Notes: a model not told the origin generated them from the letters alone. A stretch of DNA of 64,000 nucleotides from Phycisphaeraceae bacterium (GCA_963674705.1 OY771506.1:2976001-3040000), one strand, 5' to 3'; counted from the first letter of the stretch, positions 29,181 to 39,591 are shown. Numbers and translations: made by a program.

Positions 29181-31037
29181 CTACTTCTTCTCTTCCAGAA
29201 GCCGTGCGTTGTACGTGGCCAGTAAATCCTGACGCCGCAGCAGCCCAAGCACCTTGCCCGGCTCGTTCTCATCTACCACCGGTAACTCTTCATACGATTC
29301 AAACACAAACCGGCTGATCGCGCTCGATAGATCCATCTGCAGCGTCAACGGCTCAACACCCGGCATCGCTAAATCCTGCGCAACCGCCAGGCTCCCCGCG
29401 TCCGATTCATACAAAAACTGCCGGATGTCGTGCAGGCCGAACAACCCGTAATACGAGCCGTCATCATTGATCACCGGAAACGACGCCTGCCGCGTCTGCG
29501 GGATCAGGTGTGCCATGTCATCCAACGGCATGTTCAACGGCACGTTCACAAAATCACGCGCCGCATCGTGCAGCGCATCCCGCACGCTCAGGCCCTGCAG
29601 GATATCGACGATAAAATCCCCGCGGTGCGCCGGCGATTCCAGACGGTTGGCGACCTGCTCCCGGTAGATCGTGTAGTTACGGTTTAAGAGGTACGCCAGT
29701 GCACAAACCCACATCGAAGGCAGCAGCAGCGTGTAGCTGGCGGTCATCTCCGACACCATGATGAGCGTACTTACGGGCGTGCACGCCGCCGCAGCAAAGA
29801 AGCTCGCCATCCCCAGCATCGCAAACACCGGCACCTGCTCCTGCGCAACAATACCGGGCATCCACTGATGAAACAATAGCCCGACCACCGCGCCCATCGA
29901 TCCGCCGATCACCATGCTCGGCCCGAACACGCCGCCCGATCCGCCTGACCCGATCGTCAACGACGTCGTCAGAATCTTGCCAAGTCCCACAGCGATCAGA
30001 ATCACCACCGTCAGGTTGTCCGGGTTCTCCAGAACATGCTGCAAGAAACCATAACCCGCAGATAAAACACTCAGGCTGTTATATGCTTCAGCATCTCGTC
30101 CGTACGCTACAAAAATGTAGTACAAGCACATCGCAAACAAGCCCGTCGCCCCGGCGCCGATCGCCGGCTTGAGCATGTTGGGGATCTTCAGCTTATGGAA
30201 CAACGCTGTGATCCCATAGAAGCACTTGATATACGCCCACGCCAACACCACCATCACCCCGGCCAACACCGTTAACGGCAACAGCAGCGACGGCTGATTG
30301 AACGGGATCGCCTCCACCGCGAATAACGGCTTGAATCCAAACGCCAGACAGAACACGCAATACGCAATCGACGTCGAGATAAACGATGGGATCAACGCCT
30401 CCGCCTCGAAGTCCGGGTCGCGGTACAACACTTCAACGGCAAAAATCGCCCCGGCCAGCGGCGCATGGAAGATCGCGCCGATGCCTGCCCCTAATCCCGC
30501 CGCCATCAAAACACGTCGCTCCGAGTCCGTCAGCTTCAACTTCGTTGCCAGGAACGAACCAAACCCCGCACCGATCTGCGCGATCGGTCCTTCTCGGCCG
30601 CCCGACCCGCCCGTGCCCATCGTGATCGCCGATGCGATCATTTTCACGATCGGCACACGACCACGCACCACACCGCCCTTGTTGTGATACGCATCGATCG
30701 CCGCATCCGTCCCGTGCCCCTCCGCCTCGGGGGCGTACTTGTACACGATAAACCCGCTGATCAGCCCGCCAACTGTTGGCACGATCAACAACATCCACGG
30801 CATCAAGCCGCGATGGTTCAAACCGCTGCCGAATACATCCAGGAACTCCATCTCGTTCCCGGCCCCGCCCTGGTGATATCCCACACCCCATTCCAGACTT
30901 ACGTGTGTGATCGTCAGACACATCAAATGAAAACCGATTGCCCCCAGCCCCGCCACGATACCCACCACCGGCGCAAGCATGATGCTGCGGTTGGTCCTCG
31001 GGATGAAGTTTCGTAATCGTTGAAGCAATGTAACCAT
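29181..31037 (-). CDS. ClC family chloride channel/H+ antiporter with two CBS domains
   Basis: GHGTD, GGSGGREGP, GGVFGPS; C-terminal CBS pair. Confidence 0.92.
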   Translation of the reverse strand: MVTLLQRLRNFIPRTNRSIMLAPVVGIVAGLGAIGFHLMCLTITHVSLEWGVGYHQGGAGNEMEFLDVFGSGLNHRGLMPWMLLIVPTVGGLISGFIVYKYAPEAEGHGTDAAIDAYHNKGGVVRGRVPIVKMIASAITMGTGGSGGREGPIAQIGAGFGSFLATKLKLTDSERRVLMAAGLGAGIGAIFHAPLAGAIFAVEVLYRDPDFEAEALIPSFISTSIAYCVFCLAFGFKPLFAVEAIPFNQPSLLLPLTVLAGVMVVLAWAYIKCFYGITALFHKLKIPNMLKPAIGAGATGLFAMCLYYIFVAYGRDAEAYNSLSVLSAGYGFLQHVLENPDNLTVVILIAVGLGKILTTSLTIGSGGSGGVFGPSMVIGGSMGAVVGLLFHQWMPGIVAQEQVPVFAMLGMASFFAAAACTPVSTLIMVSEMTASYTLLLPSMWVCALAYLLNRNYTIYREQVANRLESPAHRGDFIVDILQGLSVRDALHDAARDFVNVPLNMPLDDMAHLIPQTRQASFPVINDDGSYYGLFGLHDIRQFLYESDAGSLAVAQDLAMPGVEPLTLQMDLSSAISRFVFESYEELPVVDENEPGKVLGLLRRQDLLATYNARLLEEKK

Positions 31038-31247
31038 GACAAGCCACGTATCATAGCGGATTTATAGATTCGATCAGGGGCCGGCACAGCAATGGATTGC
31101 AACCCGAGCCATTTATCCACTGACCGTGAGAATCGTGCGGTTTTTTATGTGAAATACTTCCCCTCTCGCATTTTCGCTTGACGGCTGGCATGGGATGCTG
31201 TGAGAATGACATGACACATCTTTTGGGCGGGTAACCAGGAGGTCATC

Positions 31248-32255
31248 ATGTCCAAAACCCCAATCTTCTTAACCGCGCTTCTAGGCGCCAACACACTCTT
31301 TGCAGAAGTAACCATCGACTTTGCAGTCGTCGATACATCAGCCGTTCCTCAAATGGCCGGGTATGTCTCGCAGGACATACATGTACTGTCCACTCAGGAT
31401 TGGACCACCGCATCCATGTCCGTTTCGCTGACCAGCGGGTCCATCTACCAGGACACATCACCCTATGCAGGCGATACCGCGCCGCCCTCAATTATGATCC
31501 AGTACTTCCCGTTACTGGCATACGACACCTACGTCGGCATCATCGACGACACCACGATGCTCCTGCCCGGCGCTATCGACATCGGCGGCGCTGAGCACGC
31601 CACCTACCGATTTGATACCGAAGCCATCGATATCACCTGGCACAACGAAACCCCGACAGACTACGGTGAACTCGAGACCGGACGCCTGACACTTTCTGAC
31701 GATGCACAAGGCACGATGGGGTTCTCCGTCTCTGAGGGCGGTAAGTTTGTCGTCGTCTTCAACTTCAACATCGTCAACGGCGTAGTAGAAACCGACGTCT
31801 GTGCCGGCATCCCCGGCTGTAACATCATGGGCCTCGATGAACTGGATCGCGTGCTCACTCACTGGAACCAGAACGTGCCCGTCGGAAACGAACTCATGGG
31901 CGACTACCAGCATGACGGCTACGTCGGACTGGACGATCTTGATGCCGTCCTTCACTTCTGGAATATCCAAACCACCCGCCCGACCGTCGACCTGACTTAC
32001 GATCACTTTCCGACCTGGGATGATGGGAAAGTGGACATCATCGATCTTACACGTGTGTATAGCAATTGGAATCACTACGTCCCACCGGGTGATCCGGACG
32101 CGGATTATGTTGGCGTCGGTTACATCGGTCAGGACAACCTCAACGCCGTGATGTCGAATTGGCTATACGAGGAACCCGTTGTAAGCAGTGTACCCGAGCC
32201 GGCTTCGCTGCTGTGCGCCGGCCCGATCCTGCTGTTGTGTTTACGACGCAGGTAA
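31248..32255 (+). CDS. PEP-CTERM protein with four dockerin-like repeats
   Basis: Signal peptide, GLDELDRVLTHWNQ, GDYQHDGYVGLDDLD, VPEPASLLCAGPILLLCLRRR; AGGAGG RBS. Confidence 0.9.
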   Translation: MSKTPIFLTALLGANTLFAEVTIDFAVVDTSAVPQMAGYVSQDIHVLSTQDWTTASMSVSLTSGSIYQDTSPYAGDTAPPSIMIQYFPLLAYDTYVGIIDDTTMLLPGAIDIGGAEHATYRFDTEAIDITWHNETPTDYGELETGRLTLSDDAQGTMGFSVSEGGKFVVVFNFNIVNGVVETDVCAGIPGCNIMGLDELDRVLTHWNQNVPVGNELMGDYQHDGYVGLDDLDAVLHFWNIQTTRPTVDLTYDHFPTWDDGKVDIIDLTRVYSNWNHYVPPGDPDADYVGVGYIGQDNLNAVMSNWLYEEPVVSSVPEPASLLCAGPILLLCLRRR

Positions 32256-32430
32256 TAAAATAAGCAACCTGTTATTACCAATTCCACCTATATGTAAGAG
32301 CAACATAAACAAAAAAAATGAATGCGGAGCAAAGTAAATCTTCGCACCGTAGTTGTTATCTATTGAAAATAATCGCAAAGAAGTGGATAATCAGTGTGTT
32401 CCTGGGAAAACACTTAACCGGAGGCTTAAC

Positions 32431-33471
32431 ATGTCTAGACTCACTTCCGTTCTGATTGCATTCACTTGTTTTTCTGCTTCGGCACACGCTGACGTCGCGG
32501 TTAACTTTCCTTTAGTCAACAACTCATCCGCGCCCGAACTTGCCGGCTATGTCACGCAGGACATCCAGGTCTATACCTCAAACGACTGGACCGTCGCCGG
32601 CATGATCCTCGAACTTACCAACGGTTCGATCTACCAATATACGGACACGTCTTTCGACTTAGCACCCCCCGCGTATCTAGCATCTGTGTACCCCGCAATT
32701 GCCTTCGATACCTATGTCGGCATCGTAGATGGTGGCGCCGGCGGAATCGCAGGCCAGTCCGGCGACCTCGGCAGTCCATTGACCGGGTGGAACTACCAAC
32801 TCGATACCACAGGCATCGACGCCACCTGGTTCAACACATATACCTACAATTACGGCTTTAACACCATCGGCCGAATCAGCCTCTCCAACGACGCCCAAGG
32901 CACTCTACGCTTCGCGCTCTCCGAAGGGCATCAAGCTTTCGTGGAATATGAGCTTGACATCATCGACGGACAGATCATCCCCGAAGCTATCTGTGACTTG
33001 CCGGGCGATCCCAGCTGCGGGGTCGACTTTATCGGCTTGGATCAACTCGACAACGTCCTGACCCACTGGAATCAGAACGTCCCCACTGGCGACCTTTCAC
33101 AAGGCGACTACGACCACGACGGTTTCGTCGGCCTGAATGATCTCGATGTCATCCTCACCTTCTGGAACATCCCCACCTACCGATACACCACCCCCATCCA
33201 AATCATCGGCGACCATTATGACCCGTTCGGCGATGGCTTCGTTGGATTAGACGACCTCGACTTGGTGCTTCAGCATTGGAACCAGTCCGTCGCGGTTTCC
33301 TTGAAGGGAGTCGATTACAACGGCGACGGCTACGTCGGCCAGGATGACATCAATGTCGTTCTCTCCGACTGGAACGCCGGCACACCACCAACCGCCGTCC
33401 CCGAACCGGCTTCCATCCTCGCCATCATGCTCCCAGCCCCGCTACTGCTACGAAGTAAACGCACAGAATAG
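32431..33471 (+). CDS. PEP-CTERM protein with four dockerin-like repeats (tandem paralog of 31248-32255)
   Basis: Shared N-domain (GYVTQDI..DWT.A.M..LT.GSIYQ..FDTYVGI), GDYDHDGFVGLNDLD, VPEP; GGAGG RBS. Confidence 0.9.
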   Translation: MSRLTSVLIAFTCFSASAHADVAVNFPLVNNSSAPELAGYVTQDIQVYTSNDWTVAGMILELTNGSIYQYTDTSFDLAPPAYLASVYPAIAFDTYVGIVDGGAGGIAGQSGDLGSPLTGWNYQLDTTGIDATWFNTYTYNYGFNTIGRISLSNDAQGTLRFALSEGHQAFVEYELDIIDGQIIPEAICDLPGDPSCGVDFIGLDQLDNVLTHWNQNVPTGDLSQGDYDHDGFVGLNDLDVILTFWNIPTYRYTTPIQIIGDHYDPFGDGFVGLDDLDLVLQHWNQSVAVSLKGVDYNGDGYVGQDDINVVLSDWNAGTPPTAVPEPASILAIMLPAPLLLRSKRTE

Positions 33472-33480
33472 CAAGGCGTA

Positions 33481-33870
33481 GGATTTGGGGTGCAGTGATT
33501 GTATTGCTAACAGCTAACAGCTAATGGCTAATGGCTAATGGCTTTCTTCCCCCAACGCCGGTCCTGAGCGCAGCGAAGGTCCGGGCTTCTTCATGTTCAA
33601 TCTTCATTATTCAATCTGAAAACTGCACTGACTGCCTGTTCAGTTTCAATCTTCACGTTCAAGATGTGATGCAATCCAACCCCCTCTCCCCTCGGGAGAG
33701 GGCCGGGGTGAGGGCCGGATAGATTAAATCTACGAATGTCCAAAGAATGCTTCAATGCCAAATTCCAATTGACCACACTCAAAACACTTCGTCATTCGAT
33801 TTTCGACATTCTTTCGTCATTCGCCCTTCGTGCATTCGACATTCACCTAAGTCCGTATTTATCCGTGGCA
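33481..33870 (+). repeat. Composite repeat copy D (core 33551-33585), BoxC-like palindrome (33680-33714), TCGTCAT/TCGACAT heptamer cluster
   Basis: About 165 bp from the core through the BoxC-like element aligns by eye with 26613-26782. Confidence 0.85.
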
Positions 33871-33888
33871 AAACACCCCGCCACTAAC

Positions 33889-35223
33889 TCACTCTGCCCG
33901 CACCGTCCCCGTCGCTGTCGGGTTGCCGAACAGCGTCCTGCGGATCAGCTTCGGGATGTCCGTGTTATCCATCGTGCCTTGGACGTACTCGGCGTTGAAG
34001 CCTTCGGCACGCACGACCACACCGCCGGATAAATCGTCCGTCGCCGCCCACACGATCTTGAACGGCAGACGCCGTCCGTACTGATCCGGCATCGCAAGGA
34101 ACGGCCGGCCCCCCGTGCCTTCAACGCCGTCAATCATCGAACCGCTGCGATCACGCTCCGGCAAGGTTTCCGGATACACGCCGTTCGTCCCGATACGGAT
34201 ACCCATCATCCTCGCGCCCCCGGCATCCGAATCCGCACACGTCATCAACAGCGTATTCGGATTCTCCGCGATAAACTTCCTCGCCACCCCGAACGCTTCA
34301 TCCGCACGACGCAAACCCTCGAGCATCCCCGATGCGTTGTTATGGTTGCCGAAGTTGTCCGGCCCTTCCTCTTCCACCACCAGCAGGAATTGGCGATCGC
34401 CGTGCGACAATAGCTTCAGCGCCTTATCCGTCATCTCCGCCAGCGTCGGCGCATCCGGCTCATACATCGGCAAACCGTTCGCCGCCAGCTCTTCTTCGGT
34501 CAGATCGTGGAACGTATGGAAGTCCGCAAACAAGCCAAGCACCTTCTTCGTGTCATCCGACAGTGACATCAACTCATCACGCGTATAAATCACCGTGTAC
34601 CCGTTCGCCTTCGCTTCTTCGACGAGATTCTTGTTGTCTTTGCGCGTGCCCTTGCAGTGCACACCCTGCACGCCTTCAGGCAGGAAGTGCCGTTCGCCGC
34701 CGCCGAGGATCACATGGGCGCCGGACTTCATGATGCCTTCGGTGATTTCGTCGTAATTGTTGCGCTGCGTCGCATCCGTCAGGAAGATGGCTGTGCCCGG
34801 CTCGATCGCTGTGCCAGACTGCACCACGCCGACACGCAGTCCCGCGTTTAATGCCTCGATCGCCACCGAGCGATACCGTCCGTTCGCATCGAGAATCCGC
34901 GGCGCATCTGCGCCCTGATCCATACGACCGAACGCGTGGTAACGAGGCCGAACGCCCGTCGCATGGGCCGTCGCGCCGCCATTGCTGGACGCGGTCAGGT
35001 TGTCACTCATGTGCCCGCGGTACACCGCCACGTGGGGTAGCTTGTCCCATTCCAGTTCGCCATCCGGACCAACCCATAGCGCCCGCGCCGCGGTCCACGA
35101 ACCGGCCGACGCGCCGTCGGGGTGGATAAAGATCGCATTACCGACCGTCTGGGCGCTACTGTGTGCGGCGATCGACAAGACCAGCCCGAGGCCGGCCACG
35201 GCTAGAAAGAATCTGTTGATCAT
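33889..35223 (-). CDS. Alkaline phosphatase family protein (non-canonical metal ligands), secreted
   Basis: NAIFIHPDG, TASSNGGATAHATG, VILGGG, PTLAEMT..AL..L, FLLVVEEEGPD, MDNTDI. Confidence 0.85.
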   Translation of the reverse strand: MINRFFLAVAGLGLVLSIAAHSSAQTVGNAIFIHPDGASAGSWTAARALWVGPDGELEWDKLPHVAVYRGHMSDNLTASSNGGATAHATGVRPRYHAFGRMDQGADAPRILDANGRYRSVAIEALNAGLRVGVVQSGTAIEPGTAIFLTDATQRNNYDEITEGIMKSGAHVILGGGERHFLPEGVQGVHCKGTRKDNKNLVEEAKANGYTVIYTRDELMSLSDDTKKVLGLFADFHTFHDLTEEELAANGLPMYEPDAPTLAEMTDKALKLLSHGDRQFLLVVEEEGPDNFGNHNNASGMLEGLRRADEAFGVARKFIAENPNTLLMTCADSDAGGARMMGIRIGTNGVYPETLPERDRSGSMIDGVEGTGGRPFLAMPDQYGRRLPFKIVWAATDDLSGGVVVRAEGFNAEYVQGTMDNTDIPKLIRRTLFGNPTATGTVRAE

Positions 35224-35276
35224 GCGAACTTTGTACATGATCTGTGTGAGTATTCTGTTACGAACTTTCCCCACAC

Positions 35277-36152
35277 TCAGGCGCCGGCCGGATGGGTCAT
35301 GTGGCGGACCTGGTCCATCGTCTCGGCCAGTCCCACGCCCAACGCACAACCCACCACGCCCGAAGACGCGTACTGGATCGGTAACGCCAACGCCAGCTTG
35401 AGCAAACCGCCGGTGTACAGATCATCCAGGAAGGCATCGGCATTGGAGTAGCTGCCCAGCATAAACAGGTACGCACCCAACGCGACCAGCAGCGGACTGA
35501 CCAGGATCACGATCGGATTGTTCTGAGCCACGGACATCTGCGAGATCATCGCGGCAACGCCGAAGCCAAGCAGCAGCGAGCAATTGACCTGTCCGCCGTC
35601 CGTCGTTTTGATCAAAAAGCTGCACAGTACGCCGCCCACGACTGCCGTGACCAGACCCCCCAGCAAGGCTTTGACGTCAGGCAACCACATCCGAGTCCGC
35701 TCACCAAGATGATGCTTCACCGCGAGCTTGCTCAGGTTCGGCCGGACCTTCCTCTGTGCCATATCAATCAAAATAAACGCGGCCGCCATTAGCACGAGCC
35801 AGATCACCGCTTCCACCGCTAGCGCCTTGTACCCGCCCGGCAACTCCACACGCTTCAGGTAGCCATCGATTGATCCACCCAATGCACCTAAAGGCAGCAA
35901 TGCAAAACTGATCGTAAACGCACCACTGAGCGGGTTACCTGTCGAGGCCGCGATCAGCCCGGCAATCAACGCCGGGATACCCGCCACGATCAAAATCATC
36001 AGGGCCGCAAACATCCCCGCACGTGCATCCATCAGGCTCAAACCCGTCGATCCATCCACCGCAGTCAATGGCCCACGCGCAAACAGCCAGCACAACGCCC
36101 CGATTACCAGGACGATCCCAATCACCAATCGATGTTTCAGCGGTGGCAGCAT
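35277..36152 (-). CDS. Multi-pass membrane hypothetical protein
   Basis: 291 aa with about 8 hydrophobic segments; immediately downstream of tatC. Confidence 0.75.
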   Translation of the reverse strand: MLPPLKHRLVIGIVLVIGALCWLFARGPLTAVDGSTGLSLMDARAGMFAALMILIVAGIPALIAGLIAASTGNPLSGAFTISFALLPLGALGGSIDGYLKRVELPGGYKALAVEAVIWLVLMAAAFILIDMAQRKVRPNLSKLAVKHHLGERTRMWLPDVKALLGGLVTAVVGGVLCSFLIKTTDGGQVNCSLLLGFGVAAMISQMSVAQNNPIVILVSPLLVALGAYLFMLGSYSNADAFLDDLYTGGLLKLALALPIQYASSGVVGCALGVGLAETMDQVRHMTHPAGA

Positions 36153-36245
36153 AATGTTTTAGATTCTAACGGACCCAGTTAATCATTTCCCAAACAGTAA
36201 CCTTTTGCGGTTTAGCCCTCTTGCATGCCGTTTGCGGCTTAGCGC

Positions 36246-37352
36246 CTACTCATCCCCCTCGCTCCCGTCCTCAACCGTCTTCCGGAACGACACGCCCATC
36301 ACCAGCAGGCCCAGCTCATACAGACCCCAAAGCGGTAGCGCCAACGCCACCATACTTATCGGATCGGCCGGCGTCAGGAACGCCCCCAGCACGAAGCAGG
36401 CAAAAACGCAGTACCGCCGGTATTTACTTAACATCTTCGGCTCAATCAGCCCCGTCCATCCCAGGATCATCATCAAGACCGGTAACTGGAACGACACGAT
36501 CACCGCGACCCCCATCATTGTCACGAAACTGATGTACTGGCCTATCTCGATCATCGGCGCGACCATCGATTGGTTTTTCGGCCTTGTGTCTTGTTTCTCC
36601 TGGGGCACAAACGTTAAGGTTCGGCCACCCGTGTGGTAGCGTATAACGCCATCGGTTTGATTGAACCATATCTGCCCCTCGACCGGCTCTGTGGGATCGG
36701 TTTGGGTCGCAGGTATCTGAGATAGAGTCAGCGGTACTTTATCCAGCCCTGTGTCGAGAGGATGCTCTTCGACCGGGTTTTCCGCTTCTTGACCCGGGGG
36801 TGCGTAAGGGCTCAGGATGATCCCCATAAAACCTTTGGGCTGCGTGTCCTGCATATCCAAAGCGGGGTAACTCACCGTGAAATAGATCAGGAAAGCCAAA
36901 GAAATCGGCAGCAGGATGTAGTACATGAACAGCACGCCCAGCAGTGACATGACGCCGCTGAACGGCGCGACCAGGTACGCCGCCTTCTTCTCATGATCGT
37001 ACAGCCCGCTCTCAACGAACTTCCATATCTGGTACACCACCCACGGCGCAGCGATCACCAGGCCGGTGATCAGGCCGACCTTCATGTAAACCCCGAAGCC
37101 CGTCGTCACCGCAAGGTTGTAAGTCTGAGGCGGCAAGCCGAAGTAAAGCTGCACCTCCGCTAACGGCTTAACCAGCCAGCCGATGATCTCACGCCCGTAA
37201 ACCAGACCGAGGATACTCGTGATCAAGGGCCCCGCTAACGCAAGGATCAACCGCCGACGCAGGTCTTCCAAATGATCGCCGAAGCTCATCCGCACCTCTT
37301 CGACGCGTCTCTTGCTGGGCTTCGGTTCATAATCAATCTGGTCGAGTGGCAT
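36246..37352 (-). CDS. tatC: Twin-arginine translocase subunit TatC with large loop insertion
   Basis: MSFGDHLEDLRRRL, YQIWKFVESGLY, FQLP, LTPADPISM...LYELG. Confidence 0.93.
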   Translation of the reverse strand: MPLDQIDYEPKPSKRRVEEVRMSFGDHLEDLRRRLILALAGPLITSILGLVYGREIIGWLVKPLAEVQLYFGLPPQTYNLAVTTGFGVYMKVGLITGLVIAAPWVVYQIWKFVESGLYDHEKKAAYLVAPFSGVMSLLGVLFMYYILLPISLAFLIYFTVSYPALDMQDTQPKGFMGIILSPYAPPGQEAENPVEEHPLDTGLDKVPLTLSQIPATQTDPTEPVEGQIWFNQTDGVIRYHTGGRTLTFVPQEKQDTRPKNQSMVAPMIEIGQYISFVTMMGVAVIVSFQLPVLMMILGWTGLIEPKMLSKYRRYCVFACFVLGAFLTPADPISMVALALPLWGLYELGLLVMGVSFRKTVEDGSEGDE

Positions 37353-37400
37353 TTGCGTGATTCTACGTATTTTAGGTAATCAACGTTCTTTGTTAGCAGG

Positions 37401-38477
37401 TCAGACGATCAGCATGGCGTCGCCGTAGGAATAGAATCGGTAGCCTCCCTTGATCGCCTCGCGGTACCAGCCAAGCAGCCTGTCGATCCCGACCCCCGGC
37501 AGCGCCGCCACCAACGCCAGCAGCGTCGAACGCGGCAGATGGAAGTTCGTCATCAACCGATCCGTGAACCGGAATTCAAAACCGTTGTCCGGCGTGATGT
37601 AAAGGTCCGTCGACGTCTGGTAGCCCGATGCCAAAACCGCGCCCAGGTCGGCCGGCAGGCTCTCGATCGCCCGCACCGTGGTCGTGCCGACGGCGGTGAT
37701 AGCGTTGCCTGAACTTCGCGCCCGCTTGATCGCATCGACCGCGCTTAACGGGATCGAGATCGATTCACTGTGGATCGGATGCGCGTTGACATCATCACAA
37801 CGGATCGGCATGAACGTGCCGAGCCCGACGTGCAGCGTGACCTCCTCGCGCTGAATACCCATGTTTTGCAGTGTTTTCAGGAGCTGCGGCGTAAAGTGAA
37901 GCCCCGCGGTTGGTGCCGCAACCGATCCGGCATCTTGTGCGTACACCGTGTTGTACCGGCTCATATCCGTGTCGTTGACTTCACTTTGCTGTAGCGCCTT
38001 ACGCGCCTTGCGGATGTAGGGCGGCAACGGCACCTTGCCGATCCGCTCAAGCAAACTCAGCGTGTCATCATCACCGCAAAATTCCGCTAACCATTCGCCG
38101 CCGCCAAGATGCTCGATCAGCTTCAGTTGGTTGTGTTGATCCAGGTCGATCAACTCGCCCGGCTCCAGCTTGCCACGCGATTCGAGCATCGTCCGCCATC
38201 TGCACGATGCATCGATTCCTATAAATAGTCCCTTGATTTTGCCGCCCGTGCCGCTACGCACGCATTCGTAATAGGCTGGTAATACCTTGCTACGGTTCAC
38301 CAGCATCAGATCGCCCGCCCGGAAGATGCCAAGATTGGGCAGATCGGCGACGCGGCGGTGGCTGACCTTGCCGGAATCACGATCAATAACCATAAGTCTA
38401 GCATTATCACGAGGTTCTGCCGCTGTGGTAGCGATCAGGTCGGGCGGCAGGTCGTAATCCAAGTCCTTGGCGAGCAT
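37401..38477 (-). CDS. queA: S-adenosylmethionine:tRNA ribosyltransferase-isomerase
   Basis: DYDLP, PLPPYI, GSVAAPTAGLHFT, LHVGLGTF, TNFHLPRSTL, YRFYSYGDAM. Confidence 0.96.
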   Translation of the reverse strand: MLAKDLDYDLPPDLIATTAAEPRDNARLMVIDRDSGKVSHRRVADLPNLGIFRAGDLMLVNRSKVLPAYYECVRSGTGGKIKGLFIGIDASCRWRTMLESRGKLEPGELIDLDQHNQLKLIEHLGGGEWLAEFCGDDDTLSLLERIGKVPLPPYIRKARKALQQSEVNDTDMSRYNTVYAQDAGSVAAPTAGLHFTPQLLKTLQNMGIQREEVTLHVGLGTFMPIRCDDVNAHPIHSESISIPLSAVDAIKRARSSGNAITAVGTTTVRAIESLPADLGAVLASGYQTSTDLYITPDNGFEFRFTDRLMTNFHLPRSTLLALVAALPGVGIDRLLGWYREAIKGGYRFYSYGDAMLIV

Positions 38478-38683
38478 CGCGACATGGTAGGGCGTTGACA
38501 TTCCCGGGCAACAGGGCTGGGGGATTCGGGCAACATTTGATACAGATCGGCGAGTCGTTCGCAGGATCTACGCGATGTAAGTATCTGTTAAAAAATGAAA
38601 TACGCGCCATCGTGCGATCTCCGCCGTGCTGGATCGGCTTTCGCATCTCCCAAGGTATGAGGTGCGAGCCCCATGAGAATCTG

Positions 38684-39070
38684 ATGATCTGGTCGATCCG
38701 ATACGAGCACTTCGGCCCGGGTCGGTACGACCAACATCACCACCGCTGCGATGTCCCGGAAGTGAGACATTGTGAGCCGCGGCCGTGCGCACTTGACGCG
38801 CATCGGCGGCCTGATGCGCCCAAACGTGTCGTCGAGCAGACGCACGGCCTGTCGCAGGTAGATTGCTACGCCCTGAGAGGGGGCGAAGCGACTGGGTCTC
38901 AGCCGGCGGTGCGCATGAACTGGCCGTGGGGCGTTTATGCGCTGCCGATCGTCGACTACATCACCGTACCGGCCGACATCGCACCTCCCTCCGAGCCCGG
39001 CGCGATCCAGGGCTACATCTACGGCCAGGCCGTGCCCACCCACGGCAACCTGCTGGACATCCTGGCTTGA
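38684..39070 (+). CDS. Hypothetical protein (start uncertain)
   Basis: 3' half has typical codon usage and ends GNLLDILA*; no recognisable family. Confidence 0.4.
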   Translation: MIWSIRYEHFGPGRYDQHHHRCDVPEVRHCEPRPCALDAHRRPDAPKRVVEQTHGLSQVDCYALRGGEATGSQPAVRMNWPWGVYALPIVDYITVPADIAPPSEPGAIQGYIYGQAVPTHGNLLDILA

Positions 39071-39129
39071 ATCTGCATATCTAAACCGCTCCAGATTGAT
39101 CCGACCGCGTCGGCCGCTACCCTTACGGG

Positions 39130-39591
39130 ATGGTTTACGCGATTTTCTTCCTGTTGATGCGTTGGATCCACGTCGGCTCAGCCACGCTGATCATCGGCGG
39201 CCTCGCGCTGATTGTCCTAAGTAGCGGGCCCATCAAGGCATTGACTCGTAACGACGAACTCGACCAAACGATCAAGCGTATCGAGTCGCGATATCGTTGG
39301 GTCCTGCTGGCGGCGGTCATTGGGCTTGTCATCAGTGGCGTGTACCAATGGGTGATATTCGGCCAGCTTTACCAGGAAAACGGCCCGTTAATATTGATCG
39401 TGCTGTCCGTGAAGGTGCTGATCGCCACCACGTTCTTTGCACTTGTATGGGCTTTCCAGGTCGATTCGATGGTCAGCGCCGAAGCACGTACGTGGCGGAT
39501 CGTGAACCTGACGCTTGTTGTGCTCGTGTTGATGCTCGCGGGTGTTGTCAGGTATTTGAGGATTGAAGCGATGGAAGTAGTTAGCCATTAG
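39130..39591 (+). CDS. Four-TM membrane protein (CopD/DUF4149-like)
   Basis: RWIHVGSATLIIGG...GLVISG.YQ...VKVLIA pattern. Confidence 0.7.
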   Translation: MVYAIFFLLMRWIHVGSATLIIGGLALIVLSSGPIKALTRNDELDQTIKRIESRYRWVLLAAVIGLVISGVYQWVIFGQLYQENGPLILIVLSVKVLIATTFFALVWAFQVDSMVSAEARTWRIVNLTLVVLVLMLAGVVRYLRIEAMEVVSH

